Part shown: positions 20,795 through 30,808 of the stretch, piece by piece
Position numbering within the stretch: position 1 is the first letter of the stretch
Layout: each line of letters begins with the position of its first letter
Assembly: GCF_004353825.1 (NCBI RefSeq)
Contig: NZ_SMNA01000011.1
Span: 62,001 to 126,000 of the forward strand
DNA length: 64,000 nucleotides
Direction: 5' to 3'
From: Occultella glacieicola
GTDB lineage: Bacteria > Actinomycetota > Actinomycetes > Actinomycetales > Beutenbergiaceae
The notes under the pieces: generated by a model
Told to the model about the DNA's origin: nothing
Databases searched by the model: none
Seen by the model: the letters and a program-made list of their open reading frames with translations, nothing else
Translations under genes and position numbers: made by a program

Positions 20795-21376
20795 ATGATC
20801 GTTGTGACCACGAATGAGATCCCCGGCTACCGCATCGACGCAGTGATGGGTGAGGTGATGGGCCTGACCGTCCGCTCCGCGAACATCGGTCAGAACTTCG
20901 TCGCGTCGTTCCGCTCGATCGGCGGTGGTGAGGTGACCGAGTACACCCGGCTGGTCTACGAGAGCCGCCAGGAGGTCATGAACCGGATGACGGTCGAGGC
21001 CCAGCGGCGCGGGGCCAACGCGGTGATCGGGATGCGGTTCGACACCGGTGACATCGCCCAGGCATTCAGCGAGGTCTGCGCGTACGGCACGGCCGTGTAT
21101 GCCACGCCGATCGGCGAGGACGAGGACGGGCACACCAAGCAGTCCGTCGAGCAGGCGAAGAACCCCGCCAACGTCGGCCCGGCCCCGGCCCCGAACCCGG
21201 GTCAGCCGCCGGCCCAGGGCTACGGCGGCGCGTCCGGCCAGCCGCAGGGCGGATACGGCCAGCAGCCGGGGTACGGCCAGCAGCCGGGCTACGGTCAGCA
21301 GCCCGGTCCGCCCGGCCCGCCGCCGGCCGGTGGCTACCAGCAGCCGCCCGCGGGGGGCTACCAGCCGGGCTACTGA
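20795..21376 (+). CDS. YbjQ/UPF0145-family protein with a Q/P/G/Y tail
   Basis: Motifs MIVVTTNEIPGYRI and GANAVIGMRFD..EVCAYGTAV. Confidence 0.88.
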   Translation: MIVVTTNEIPGYRIDAVMGEVMGLTVRSANIGQNFVASFRSIGGGEVTEYTRLVYESRQEVMNRMTVEAQRRGANAVIGMRFDTGDIAQAFSEVCAYGTAVYATPIGEDEDGHTKQSVEQAKNPANVGPAPAPNPGQPPAQGYGGASGQPQGGYGQQPGYGQQPGYGQQPGPPGPPPAGGYQQPPAGGYQPGY

Positions 21377-21420
21377 CGCCGCGAGCGGTCCGCGCGGGGG
21401 TCCTCCTCCCGGGGACGGAC

Positions 21421-22680
21421 CTAGAAGTCGACGGGGTCGCGAGCGATCGGGCAGGTCATGCAGTGCCCGCCGCCGCGGCCCCGGCCGAGTTCGGCCCCGA
21501 CGATCTCGACCACCTCGATGCCGGCGTTGCGCAGCAGCGCGTTCGTCTGGGTGTTGCGGTCGTAGGTGATCACCACGCCGGGCTCGAGGGCGACCGCGTT
21601 GTTGCCGCTGTCCCACTGCTGGCGCTCGGAGGCGTAGAAGTCCCCACCGGTCTCGATGACGTGCATCCCGGAGAGCCCGAGGGCCTCGGTGACGACCTTG
21701 ACGAAGGTGCCCTCACCCTCGTCGATGACGTCGAGCCCGGCGGGCCCGTCACCGGGCACCAGGGTGAACGTGTGCACGCCGTCCATGATCCGCGGGTAGA
21801 GCGTGACGACGTCCCGGTCGGCGAACGTGAACACCGTGTCCAGGTGCATGGCCGCGCGCAGCTTCGGCAGCGCGGCCACGACCACGCGTTCCGCCGCGCC
21901 GTGCGCGAACAGATTCGCCGCCACCTGCGTCACCGCCTGGCGGGACGTCCGTTCGCTCATGCCCATCAGCACCACCCCGTTGCCTACCGGCATGACGTCG
22001 CCGCCCTCGAACGTGGCCTGGCCCCAGTCCGCCTCCGGGTCACCCCACCACACCCGCGACCCGGCCAGCCCGGGGTGGAACTCGTAGATGGCTTTCATCA
22101 GCAGGCTCTCCCCGCGGCGTGCCGGCCAGTACAGCGGATTCAGGGTGAGCCCGCCGTAGAGCCAGCAGGTGGTGTCCCGGGTGTAGAGGGTGTTCGGCAG
22201 CGGCGGCATCAGGAACTCCTGCGCCCCGCGGGACTCCCGGGCCATGGACAGCGCCGCGGACCGGAACTGTGCCGGCAGGTCGCCGGTCGCGAGTCCGCCG
22301 ATGAGGTACTCGGCCAGGGTCGCCGCGTCCAGGGTGTCCAGGTAGGCGCGGATGTCGTCGATGACCCCCAGCCCGACGACGTTCGCCACGATCTTGCGGT
22401 CGAGCAGCCAGGCCCGCGCCTGCGGGATGGCCATGGTCTCGGCGAGGACGTCGTGGAGCTCGAGCACGTGGATCCCGCGCTCGACCATCCGGGTCACGAA
22501 GTCGGCGTGGTCGCGCTGGGCATTCTCCACCCACATGACGTCGTCGAACAGAAGCGCGGCGCTGTTGCTCGGCGTGAGTCTGTGGTGCGCCAGCCCGGGG
22601 CGACAGACCAGCACCGTCCGGAGCCTGCCGACCTCCGAGTGCACGCCGGGGATGAGGGTGGCATCCGCTGCGATGGGCAT
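21421..22680 (-). CDS. arcA: Arginine deiminase
   Basis: Motifs [27 protein letters not shown] and [11 protein letters not shown]. Confidence 0.95.
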   Translation of the reverse strand: MPIAADATLIPGVHSEVGRLRTVLVCRPGLAHHRLTPSNSAALLFDDVMWVENAQRDHADFVTRMVERGIHVLELHDVLAETMAIPQARAWLLDRKIVANVVGLGVIDDIRAYLDTLDAATLAEYLIGGLATGDLPAQFRSAALSMARESRGAQEFLMPPLPNTLYTRDTTCWLYGGLTLNPLYWPARRGESLLMKAIYEFHPGLAGSRVWWGDPEADWGQATFEGGDVMPVGNGVVLMGMSERTSRQAVTQVAANLFAHGAAERVVVAALPKLRAAMHLDTVFTFADRDVVTLYPRIMDGVHTFTLVPGDGPAGLDVIDEGEGTFVKVVTEALGLSGMHVIETGGDFYASERQQWDSGNNAVALEPGVVITYDRNTQTNALLRNAGIEVVEIVGAELGRGRGGGHCMTCPIARDPVDF

Positions 22681-22702
22681 GCCCGAGCCTCTCACGCCGG
22701 CT

Positions 22703-22807
22703 GGTCGGGGCGCGACGGTCGGGGCGCGACGGCCGGGGCGCGACGGTCGGGGCGCGACGATCAGGGCGCGACGATCAGGGCGCGACGATCAGGGTGCGAT
22801 GATCAGG
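22703..22807. repeat. 14-bp tandem repeat (VNTR), 7 copies plus a partial
   Basis: GGTCGGGGCGCGAC-type x4, then GATCAGGGCGCGAC-type x3. Confidence 0.92.
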
Positions 22808-23288
22808 CAGGGGCTCGACGCGGTGGCGAGCACCCGACCGTGGGCGTCGCGCAGGTCCGCCTCCGCGAACGCGGCCCGGCGGCCGGGCTTGGTCACCCAC
22901 CCGTGCGCCGTCACTGGACCGGTCTCGACCGAGATCGGCCGCAGCAGTGAGATCTTGATCTCCAGCGTCGTGTATCCGACGCCGGCCGGGGGAGCGTCGA
23001 GTGCACCGCGCAGCCGCAGGCGGAGTCCAGGAGGGTGGCGGCGAAGCCGGCGTAGACGGACCCGATCGGGTTGTCGTGGGAGTCGTCCGGCACCCCGGTG
23101 AGCACGACGTCCCCTTCGGCCACGGAGACGAGGTCCATCCCGACGTGAGCGGCGATCGGAGGTGGTGGCGTGGTGCCGGCGATCAGGGCCTGCAGTTGCT
23201 CGACGCCGGTGCGCTCGAAGGAGCCGGCAGCATGCGGCAGCGGATCCTCGTAGCGCAGCGTCCTGGTCCGTTCGGCGTCCGTGCTCAC
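22789..23288 (-). pseudogene. PaaI-family thioesterase, frameshifted
   Basis: The N-half (NPIGSVYAGFAATLLDSACGCAVHSTL) and C-half (AGVGYTTLEIKISLLRP..GRRAAFAEA) are in different frames, with the junction at the G5 run 22988-22992. Confidence 0.8.
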
Positions 23289-23397
23289 GCATCCACTCCT
23301 TCGTCGGGGGTCGGGCCGGCCCGCCTCCATTGCCGGGTCGGCTCAGCCACCGTACCGTCGCCACCAGCAGATCCGACTCACGGCAGGAGCGCGGCAC

Positions 23398-23961
23398 ATG
23401 ACGGACTGGGTGGCCCAACCGGGGCACGACGACGACCTCGTGCGCTCGAACACCGGACACGGCTGGGACGAATGGGTCCGCCTCCTCGACGCCGGTCCGG
23501 GGCGCGCGGCCGGCCACACCGAGCAGGCCCGGTGGGTCCGCGAGGAGCATGGCGTCGACGGGTGGTGGGCGCAGAGCGTTGTGGTCGGCTACGAACGGAT
23601 CGTCGGGATCCGGCTACCCGGACAGATGCCGGACGGAACCTTCACGGTGTCCCGATCCCGCATCCTCGACATGGACGCGGACACCTGGCGGGCCCGGCTC
23701 CTCGACGACGCCACCCGCGCAGCGCTGTTCGAGCCACTGGGCACCACCCTGCGTTCGAAGCCGGAGGCGCGCAGCCTGCGCTTCGACCTCGCCGACGGCG
23801 ACACCTCGCTCGGTGTCGTCGCGGTCGCCCTCGACCCGCTGGCCGAGCGGGTCCGGCTCACGATCACCCACGAGAAGCTGGCGGACCCGGGCGCGGCCGA
23901 GCGGTGGAAGGACCACTGGTCGGCCTGGATCGGCGGGCTCGGGACGGAGCAGTCCTCCTAG
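23398..23961 (+). CDS. Hypothetical protein (DUF4287-like N-terminus)
   Basis: Motifs TGHGWDEWVRLLD and HGVDGWWAQSVVVGYER; RBS AGGAG. Confidence 0.7.
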   Translation: MTDWVAQPGHDDDLVRSNTGHGWDEWVRLLDAGPGRAAGHTEQARWVREEHGVDGWWAQSVVVGYERIVGIRLPGQMPDGTFTVSRSRILDMDADTWRARLLDDATRAALFEPLGTTLRSKPEARSLRFDLADGDTSLGVVAVALDPLAERVRLTITHEKLADPGAAERWKDHWSAWIGGLGTEQSS

Positions 23962-24009
23962 CCGCATAGGCTGGACCGTTGGAGCTACACCCGAGGAGAG
24001 GCGGTCACG

Positions 24010-24561
24010 ATGCCGGGTGGCGAAGAGATCCTGGTCGAGACGGTCGACGAGCAGGGCCGGGCGGTCGGCACCGCCGAGAAGCTCGAGGCCCATCGTGAGC
24101 CCGGGGTGTTGCACCGGGCGTTCTCGCTGTTCGCGTTCGACGGCGCCGGCCGGCTCCTGCTGCAGCGCCGCGCCGCCGGCAAGTACCACTCGCCGCTGAT
24201 GCTCACGAACAGCGCCTGCGGCCACCCGTTCCCGGGTGAGGCCCCGGCGACGGCGGTGGCCAGGCGTGCCGCCGAGGAGTTGGGCGCGCCCGTGCGGGAC
24301 CTGACCGAGCTCGGGATCGTGCAGTACCACGTCCACGACGACGCGACCGGGCTCTACGAGCGCGAGTACAACCACGTGTTCGCGGGCCTGGTCGACGCCG
24401 AGTCCCTGGCGCACGACCCCGACGAGATCGCCGAGATCGTGTTCGTGACCGGTGCCGAACTGGCCGCCCTGCGTGCCGCGGAGCCGTTCACGGCCTGGTT
24501 CGACGACGTCTGGGGCGTCACCCGCGGGCATCTCAGCCACTGGGGCTTCCGGGACGCGTGA
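24010..24561 (+). CDS. idi: Isopentenyl-diphosphate delta-isomerase type 1
   Basis: Motifs LHRAFSLF, LLLQRRA..KYH, TNSACGHP and EREYNHVF. Confidence 0.93.
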   Translation: MPGGEEILVETVDEQGRAVGTAEKLEAHREPGVLHRAFSLFAFDGAGRLLLQRRAAGKYHSPLMLTNSACGHPFPGEAPATAVARRAAEELGAPVRDLTELGIVQYHVHDDATGLYEREYNHVFAGLVDAESLAHDPDEIAEIVFVTGAELAALRAAEPFTAWFDDVWGVTRGHLSHWGFRDA

Positions 24562-24793
24562 TCCGCTGGGATGCCGCCGGGCTGCGCGAGACGCACACCG
24601 GTCCCCCACGACACCTCCGCGACACCGGCTCCGCCACGGCCGCCACACGCATGGCACGGCGGCACGAGTCACTAGACTCAAGCCCGTTCCGCCCATGGCG
24701 ACCGGCGCCGTGGGCCACGACCCCACCCACACACGAAAGCCCTGCGATGCCACGAACCCCTCCCGCCCGGTACGACCGGGTCGAGGCCTCGTG

Positions 24794-25780
24794 ATGGTGG
24801 CGTCGTCCCCGATCGTGGGCGCGGGCCGGAGTACCGGCGTCGGCGCGGTCGACCCGGTGGCCGTCGGCGCGGGCCACGCCAAGGCGATCCTGATCGGTGA
24901 GCACTCGGTCGTCTACGGGCACCCGGCCATCGCCCTGCCGCTCCTGCCCCTGCGCACCGTCGCCCGGCTGCGGGCCGTGCCCGGCCCGCTCAGCGCCCGG
25001 CACGGGGACCGGCGGCTCCCGGTGGCGGACCTGCCCGAGCGATTCGCACCGGTCGGTGCCGCCGTCACGGCCGCGCTGGCCCACTTCGGCCTGCCCGGGG
25101 ACGACCTCGAGATCGAGCTCGACAGCGACATCCCACCGGGCGCCGGCCTGGGCGCGAGCGCCGCATCCGCGCACGCCATCGTCGAGGCCGTGCGCGCCCA
25201 CGCCGACCGGGAACTCGACGAGGAGGCCCGGTTCGAACTCGTCCAGACGGCTGAACGGGTGGCACACGGCAACCCCAGCGGTCTGGATGCGCGAGCCACC
25301 CGGGCCCGCACCCCGGTGGCGTTCAACGACGGCGTGACGTCCAGGCTCGAACTCGGCGCGTCGTTCTCGTTCGCGGTCGCCGACACCGGCGTGCGCTCGC
25401 CCACCCGCGACGCCGTCGCCGGGGTCCGCAGCCTCGTCGAAGCCGACCCCGACCACGGCAGGGAGCTCCTCGAACGCCTCGCCGAACTGACCCGGACCGC
25501 GGCCGAGGATCTGCGCGACGGCCGGATCGGTGACCTCGGCGCACGACTCCACGCCGCGCAGGACACCCTCGATGCGCTCGGCGTCGGGCACCCCGCCATC
25601 GACCGGCTGGTCGCCGCGGCCCGGGCCGCGGGCGCAGCCGGGGCGAAGCTCACGGGCGCCGGGCGCGGCGGCTGCGTCATCGCGGTCACGGACTCCCCCG
25701 AGCGCGCCGCGGAGATCGTGACCGCGATGCGGCAGGCGGGCGCGGTCGGGGGCTGGATCGTCACGGCGGGTGGCCGGTGA
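24794..25780 (+). CDS. mvk: Mevalonate kinase
   Basis: Motifs KAILIGEHSVVYG, PPGAGLGASAA, HGNPSGLD and GAKLTGAGRGGC. Confidence 0.94.
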   Translation: MVASSPIVGAGRSTGVGAVDPVAVGAGHAKAILIGEHSVVYGHPAIALPLLPLRTVARLRAVPGPLSARHGDRRLPVADLPERFAPVGAAVTAALAHFGLPGDDLEIELDSDIPPGAGLGASAASAHAIVEAVRAHADRELDEEARFELVQTAERVAHGNPSGLDARATRARTPVAFNDGVTSRLELGASFSFAVADTGVRSPTRDAVAGVRSLVEADPDHGRELLERLAELTRTAAEDLRDGRIGDLGARLHAAQDTLDALGVGHPAIDRLVAAARAAGAAGAKLTGAGRGGCVIAVTDSPERAAEIVTAMRQAGAVGGWIVTAGGR

Positions 25781-26751
25781 GCGTCACCGCCGTCGCGCAC
25801 CCCAACATCGCGCTGATCAAGTACTGGGGCAAGGCCGACGAGCGGCTGTCGCTGCCCGCGACCGGCAGCCTCTCCCTCACCCTCGACATCGCCCCGACCC
25901 GAACCACGGTCACGCTCGACCCCGAGGCGGACACCCACGTCGCGTCCTGGAGCGGTGAGCCGATGACCGGCGGGGAACTGGCGCGGGTGAGCGCGTTCCT
26001 GGACCTGGTCGCCGAGCGCGCCGGCAGCCGCGCCCGCGCCGTCGTGGAGACGGCCAACGAGATCCCCACCGGTGCCGGCCTGGCCTCCTCGGCGGCCGGG
26101 TTCGCGGCGCTCGCGGCCGCCGCGAGCAGCGCCTACGGGCTCACCCTCACCCCCCGCGAGCTGTCCCGGCTCGCCCGGCGCGGCTCCGGGTCGGCGTCCC
26201 GGTCGGTCTTCGGGGGGCTCGTCCAGTGGCACCCGGGCGACGACGAGGGCTCGTTCGCCGAGCCGATCGATGCCCCGGGCCTGGACCTCGCGCTCGTCGT
26301 CGCCGTGCTCACCGCCGGACGCAAGCCGATCGGCAGCCGGGAGGCGATGCGTCGCACGGTGGCGACCTCACCGTTCTTCGACGCCTGGGTCGCGAGCGTG
26401 CCCGGCGACCTGGACGCGATGCGAGCGGCGATCGCCCGGGCCGACTTCACGGCCGTCGGCGAACTGGCCGAGTCGAACGCGATGCGCATGCACGCGACCA
26501 TGCTCGGCGCCGTCCCGCCGGTCCGGTACTGGAACGCGGACACGGTCGCCGCGCTCGACGTCGTCGCCCGGTGCCGGCGCGATGGCATCGAGGCCTACGC
26601 GACCATCGACGCCGGACCGAACGTCAAGGTGCTCTGCCGGCCCGAGGCGACCTCCGCCGTCGCCGAACGGTTCGCGGACGCGTTCGACGGCGTCAAGCTG
26701 CTGGTCTCGGGGACCGGCCCGGGCGTTCGGATCGTCGGGCCGACCGCATGA
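25777..26751 (+). CDS. mvaD: Diphosphomevalonate decarboxylase
   Basis: Motifs HPNIALIKYWGK, GLASSAAG, GSGSASRS and TIDAGPNVK; GTGA overlap. Confidence 0.96.
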   Translation: MSVTAVAHPNIALIKYWGKADERLSLPATGSLSLTLDIAPTRTTVTLDPEADTHVASWSGEPMTGGELARVSAFLDLVAERAGSRARAVVETANEIPTGAGLASSAAGFAALAAAASSAYGLTLTPRELSRLARRGSGSASRSVFGGLVQWHPGDDEGSFAEPIDAPGLDLALVVAVLTAGRKPIGSREAMRRTVATSPFFDAWVASVPGDLDAMRAAIARADFTAVGELAESNAMRMHATMLGAVPPVRYWNADTVAALDVVARCRRDGIEAYATIDAGPNVKVLCRPEATSAVAERFADAFDGVKLLVSGTGPGVRIVGPTA

Positions 26752-27848
26752 TCACCGCCCGGGCACCCGGCAAGCTCTTCATCGCCGGCGAGTACGCCGT
26801 CGTCGAACCCGGCGGGGACGCGGTGGTCGTGGCCGTGGACCGGCACGTCGTCGTGACCCTGGGTCCGGCGCGGGACCGCGGCAGGATCGACTCCGACCAG
26901 CCCGGCTGGGCACCGCTGACCTGGTCGCGGGAGGCCACCGGCGTGGTGGCCGAGGACGGTCGCGGCCTCGATCATGCGCTCTCGGCCGTCCGGACGATCG
27001 ATGAGTTCGTGATCGGTCTCGGCATCGACCCCCGCAACCACTCCCTGCGGATCTCCAGCGACCTCGACGACGCCGACGGGCACAAGTATGGGCTCGGCTC
27101 CAGCGGCGCCGTCACGGTCGCCACGATCCGGGCACTCGACGAGTTCTACGGGCTGGGGCTCACGCGACTCGAGCAGTTCCGGCTCGCCCTGCTCGCGATC
27201 GTCGACGTCGCGCCGTCGTCCTCCGGCGGCGACGTCGCTGCGAGCACGTTCGGCGGCTGGGTCTCCTACCGCTCCCCCGACCGGGCCGCACTGGCCGAGC
27301 TACGCGCCCGCGACGGAGTGCTCGCCGCGTTCCGGGCGCCTTGGGCGCCGCTCGCGATCACCCCGCTGCCGTCCCCGGACGCGCTCGAGCTCGTGGTCGG
27401 TTGGACCGGCGCCGCGGCGTCGACGGCGCGACTCGTCGATGACGTGCAGGCTGCGGTGGGCGCCGGCACGTCGGCGATCCAGGCGCTGCCCTACGAGGAA
27501 TTCCTGACCGAGAGCCGCGCCCGCGTCGCGGACGTGGCCGCCGGCCTCACCGACGGCGACCCCGCGCGGGTCCTGGCCGCGGTGCGCGCGGCGCGGCGGT
27601 TGCTCGTCGGACTCGGGTCCACCCTCGACGTCGGGATCGAGACGCCGACGCTGACCCGGCTGTGCGACGAGGCCGAGGCCATCGGGGCAGCGGCGAAGTC
27701 CTCCGGTGCCGGCGGCGGCGACTGTGGAATCGTGCTGGTGCCCCGCGGCACCGACCTGACCGCGATGCTGGCCGGCTGGGAACGCGCGGGAGTGCGCAGG
27801 CTCACGCTCGCGGTGGCGCCCCCGGAGCCGCTGGTCGGTGCGCGATGA
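26748..27848 (+). CDS. Phosphomevalonate kinase
   Basis: Motifs APGKLFIAGEYAVVE, KYGLGSSGA and KSSGAGGGDCG; ATGA overlap. Confidence 0.95.
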   Translation: MITARAPGKLFIAGEYAVVEPGGDAVVVAVDRHVVVTLGPARDRGRIDSDQPGWAPLTWSREATGVVAEDGRGLDHALSAVRTIDEFVIGLGIDPRNHSLRISSDLDDADGHKYGLGSSGAVTVATIRALDEFYGLGLTRLEQFRLALLAIVDVAPSSSGGDVAASTFGGWVSYRSPDRAALAELRARDGVLAAFRAPWAPLAITPLPSPDALELVVGWTGAAASTARLVDDVQAAVGAGTSAIQALPYEEFLTESRARVADVAAGLTDGDPARVLAAVRAARRLLVGLGSTLDVGIETPTLTRLCDEAEAIGAAAKSSGAGGGDCGIVLVPRGTDLTAMLAGWERAGVRRLTLAVAPPEPLVGAR

Positions 27849-28933
27849 CAGACAATAGGGCGATGAGCGAATCCGTGGCAGCGGTCCCCATGCGCTGGGT
27901 CGGTCCGATCCGACTCAGTGGCAACGTGCTCTCCGGCGAACAGGAGGTGCCGCTGGCCACGTACGAGTCGCCGCTGTGGCCGTCGGTGGGCCGCGGCGCC
28001 CGGATCTCCCGACTGATCGAGAGCGGCATCGCCACGACCCTGGTATCGGAGCGGATGAGCCGCTCGGTCTATTTCGAGACCGACGGCGCCGGGGTCTCCG
28101 TCCGCACCCTGGCCGAGATCCGCGCCGCCTTCACCGAACTCCAGGAGATCGTGGCGGCGAGCAGCAGGTTCGCCCAGCTCATCGACCTGCACAGCGAGAT
28201 CGCGGGCCGGCTGCTGTTCCTGCGTTTCGAGTTCCTCACCGGCGACGCCTCCGGCCACAACATGGCCACGCTCGCGGCGGAACGGCTGATGTCCCACCTC
28301 ATGGCGACGTGGCCGCACCTGCGGTACGGCTCGATCTCCGGCAACTACTGCTCCGACAAGAAGGCGACGGCCGTCAACGGCATCCTCGGGCGCGGCAAGC
28401 ACGTGGTGACCGAGGCGGTCATCCCGCGGGACGTCGTCGTGAAGCGGTTGCGCTCCACCCCCGAGCAGATCGCCGCGCTCAACACGAACAAGAACCTGGT
28501 CGGCACCATCCTGGCCGGCGGGCTGCGCTCGGCGAACGCCCACTACGCGAACATGCTGCTGGGCTTCTACCTCGCGACCGGGCAGGACGCCGCGAACATC
28601 GTGGAGGGGTCGCAGGGCGTCACGCAGGCGGAGGTCGACGACGGCGACCTGTACTTCTCCTGCACGCTGCCGAACCTGATCGTCGGCACCGTGGGCAACG
28701 GCAAGGGGCTACCGTTCGTGGAGGAGAACCTGCAGCGGCTCGGTTGCCGCGAGGAACGCGAGTCGGGCGAGAACGCGCATCGGCTCGCCGCCCTGTGCGC
28801 GGCGTCGGTGTGGTGCGGCGAACTCTCACTGCTCGCGGCGCAGACCAATCCCGGCGAGCTGATGGCCGCTCACGTGGCCATCGAACGCTCCGCTCGCCAC
28901 AATGCAGACACCAGCACCTCGACCCAGGAGTGA
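27845..28933 (+). CDS. HMG-CoA reductase (actinobacterial class I-like)
   Basis: Motifs PLATYESPL, TGDASGHNM, SGNYCSDKK, ATGQDAAN and GELSLLAA. Confidence 0.95.
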   Translation: MTDNRAMSESVAAVPMRWVGPIRLSGNVLSGEQEVPLATYESPLWPSVGRGARISRLIESGIATTLVSERMSRSVYFETDGAGVSVRTLAEIRAAFTELQEIVAASSRFAQLIDLHSEIAGRLLFLRFEFLTGDASGHNMATLAAERLMSHLMATWPHLRYGSISGNYCSDKKATAVNGILGRGKHVVTEAVIPRDVVVKRLRSTPEQIAALNTNKNLVGTILAGGLRSANAHYANMLLGFYLATGQDAANIVEGSQGVTQAEVDDGDLYFSCTLPNLIVGTVGNGKGLPFVEENLQRLGCREERESGENAHRLAALCAASVWCGELSLLAAQTNPGELMAAHVAIERSARHNADTSTSTQE

Positions 28934-28936
28934 GAC

Positions 28937-30109
28937 ATTTCCCCCGCAATCGGCATCGATGACCTCGCCTTCGCCACAGGCTCCTTCCGTATCGACCTCG
29001 CGGTCCTCGCCGCCAGGCTCGGCGCCGACCCCGAGAAGTACTACCGCGGGCTCGGACAGTCCGAGATGAGCGTGGTGGCCGAGGACGAGGACATCGTGAC
29101 GATGGGCGCGGCCGCAGCGCAGCAGATCCTCGACCGCAGTGGCGGCGCGGGCGTGCGGACCCTGATGTTCGCGACCGAGACCGGCATCGACCAGTCCAAG
29201 GCGGCCGGGGTGTACGCGCACCGGCTGCTCGGACTCGGCCCGAACGTCCGGGTCGTCGAGCTCAAGCAGGCCTGCTACTCGGCGACGGCCGCGATGCAGT
29301 TCGCGGTGGCGCTGGTGGCGCGGGACCCGAGCGAGAAGGTGCTCGTGATCGCGAGCGACATCGCCCGCTACCAACTCGACAGTGCCGCGGAGCCGACCCA
29401 GGGCGCCGGCGCGGTGGCGTTCACGGTCGCCGCGAACCCCGCCCTGCTCGAGCTCCACCCCGCGAACGGCGTCTACACCGACGACGTCATGGACTTCTGG
29501 CGGCCGAACCACTCCACGACCGCGATCGTGGACGGCAAGAGTTCGATCACGGCGTACCTGGACGCCGTCGCCGGGGCGTTCGACGACTACCTGGCCCACG
29601 GTGGTGTGCCGTTCGAGCAGATCGACCGGTTCTGCTACCACCAGCCGTTCACGAAGATGGCCGTCAAGGCGCATCGCCACCTTGCCGCGCGCGCCGGCTC
29701 CGAGCTCGACCCGGCGGCCCTGCAGGCGCAGATCGAGCCGACCATGGGCTACAACCGGCGGATCGGGAACAGCTACACGGCCTCGGTGTACCTGGCGCTG
29801 CTCGCGTTGCTGGACGGCGACGAGGACCTGACCGGCAAGCGGGTCGCGATCGCCAGCTACGGTTCCGGCGCCGTCGCGGAGTTCCTCACCGGAACCGTCG
29901 CGGACGGCTACCGGGCGGGGCTGCGTCGCGCCGAGAACGAGGAGCGGCTCACCGGACGGACGCCCGTGGACGACGCCGCCTATCTGGCCCTGCAGCGCAC
30001 GGCCGCCCGCCCCGACCCCTCGAACTTCGAAACCGCCCGGCAGACGCCGTCCCCGTTCCGGTTCGGTGGGGTCCGGCAGGACCAGCGGGTCTACGAGCCC
30101 ACGGCCTGA
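28937..30109 (+). CDS. HMG-CoA synthase (start anomalous)
   Basis: Motifs IGIDDLAFAT, FATETGIDQSK, KQACY, YHQPF, GNSYTAS and SYGSG; no in-frame ATG/GTG/TTG precedes the conserved N-terminus. Confidence 0.92.
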   Translation: MSPAIGIDDLAFATGSFRIDLAVLAARLGADPEKYYRGLGQSEMSVVAEDEDIVTMGAAAAQQILDRSGGAGVRTLMFATETGIDQSKAAGVYAHRLLGLGPNVRVVELKQACYSATAAMQFAVALVARDPSEKVLVIASDIARYQLDSAAEPTQGAGAVAFTVAANPALLELHPANGVYTDDVMDFWRPNHSTTAIVDGKSSITAYLDAVAGAFDDYLAHGGVPFEQIDRFCYHQPFTKMAVKAHRHLAARAGSELDPAALQAQIEPTMGYNRRIGNSYTASVYLALLALLDGDEDLTGKRVAIASYGSGAVAEFLTGTVADGYRAGLRRAENEERLTGRTPVDDAAYLALQRTAARPDPSNFETARQTPSPFRFGGVRQDQRVYEPTA

Positions 30110-30145
30110 GCCCTCCAGCACCAACGGCTCGGTGCCCGCCCGAAC

Positions 30146-30769
30146 TCACGCCGGCGGTTCGGTGATCGCCGCCACCAGCACATCGAGCGAGGAGTCGTCG
30201 TCGCCGGCCCGGAGCATGATGGCCGTGCGCGGGTAGCGGTCCAGGTCCAGCCGCTCCAAGGCCGCGGTGAACCCCGGCGGTGCCGCGTTCGATCCGGACA
30301 GCAGCAGCCGGCCGTGCAGCCACTCGGTGACCAGCATGGTCAGGCTCGCGGCCCGGGCACTCGGATGTCCGACCGCATCGACGAAGAAGTCGAGCAGGGC
30401 CTCGTTCAGGGCCAGGGTGCGTGGCCCGGCGATCCGCTGCGCGGCCAGGATCGCGACCTGGCCGGGTGCCCCCTCGGCGACCCCGAGCACATGAGCCAGG
30501 AACTGCCGGAGCGCGTGCGCCGGGCACGCCTGGCGCAACAGACCCAGGTCGAACCGCCCGACGAAGTCGTCACCGATGCGGTTGCGGAGGGCCGCCATAT
30601 CCTCGAAGTAGGTGTAGATGGCGTTCGGGGTGACGCCCGCCTCGGAGGCGACGGCCCGCAACGTCAGTGCCGCGGCACCACCGGTACCCAGGACCCGCTG
30701 CGCGGCCTCCAGAAGGTCCTCGGGACGGATGTCCCCACGGGGGCCACGGCGGTGGTGCCGACTCGTCAT
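30146..30769 (-). CDS. TetR/AcrR-family regulator
   Basis: HTH LTLRAVASEAGVTPNAIYTYF. Confidence 0.9.
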   Translation of the reverse strand: MTSRHHRRGPRGDIRPEDLLEAAQRVLGTGGAAALTLRAVASEAGVTPNAIYTYFEDMAALRNRIGDDFVGRFDLGLLRQACPAHALRQFLAHVLGVAEGAPGQVAILAAQRIAGPRTLALNEALLDFFVDAVGHPSARAASLTMLVTEWLHGRLLLSGSNAAPPGFTAALERLDLDRYPRTAIMLRAGDDDSSLDVLVAAITEPPA

Positions 30770-30772
30770 CCG

Positions 30773-30808
30773 GTCACGCTAGCGTGACGATTTGTGCAGC
30801 GAACAAAT
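30773..30808. promoter_or_regulatory. Putative TetR operator/promoter palindromes
   Basis: GTCACGCTAGCGTGAC (30773-30788) and ATTTGT-N7-ACAAAT (30790-30808) between divergent genes. Confidence 0.55.

Noticed and set aside
22703..22807. CRISPR array
   Set aside because: Contiguous tandem units with no spacers
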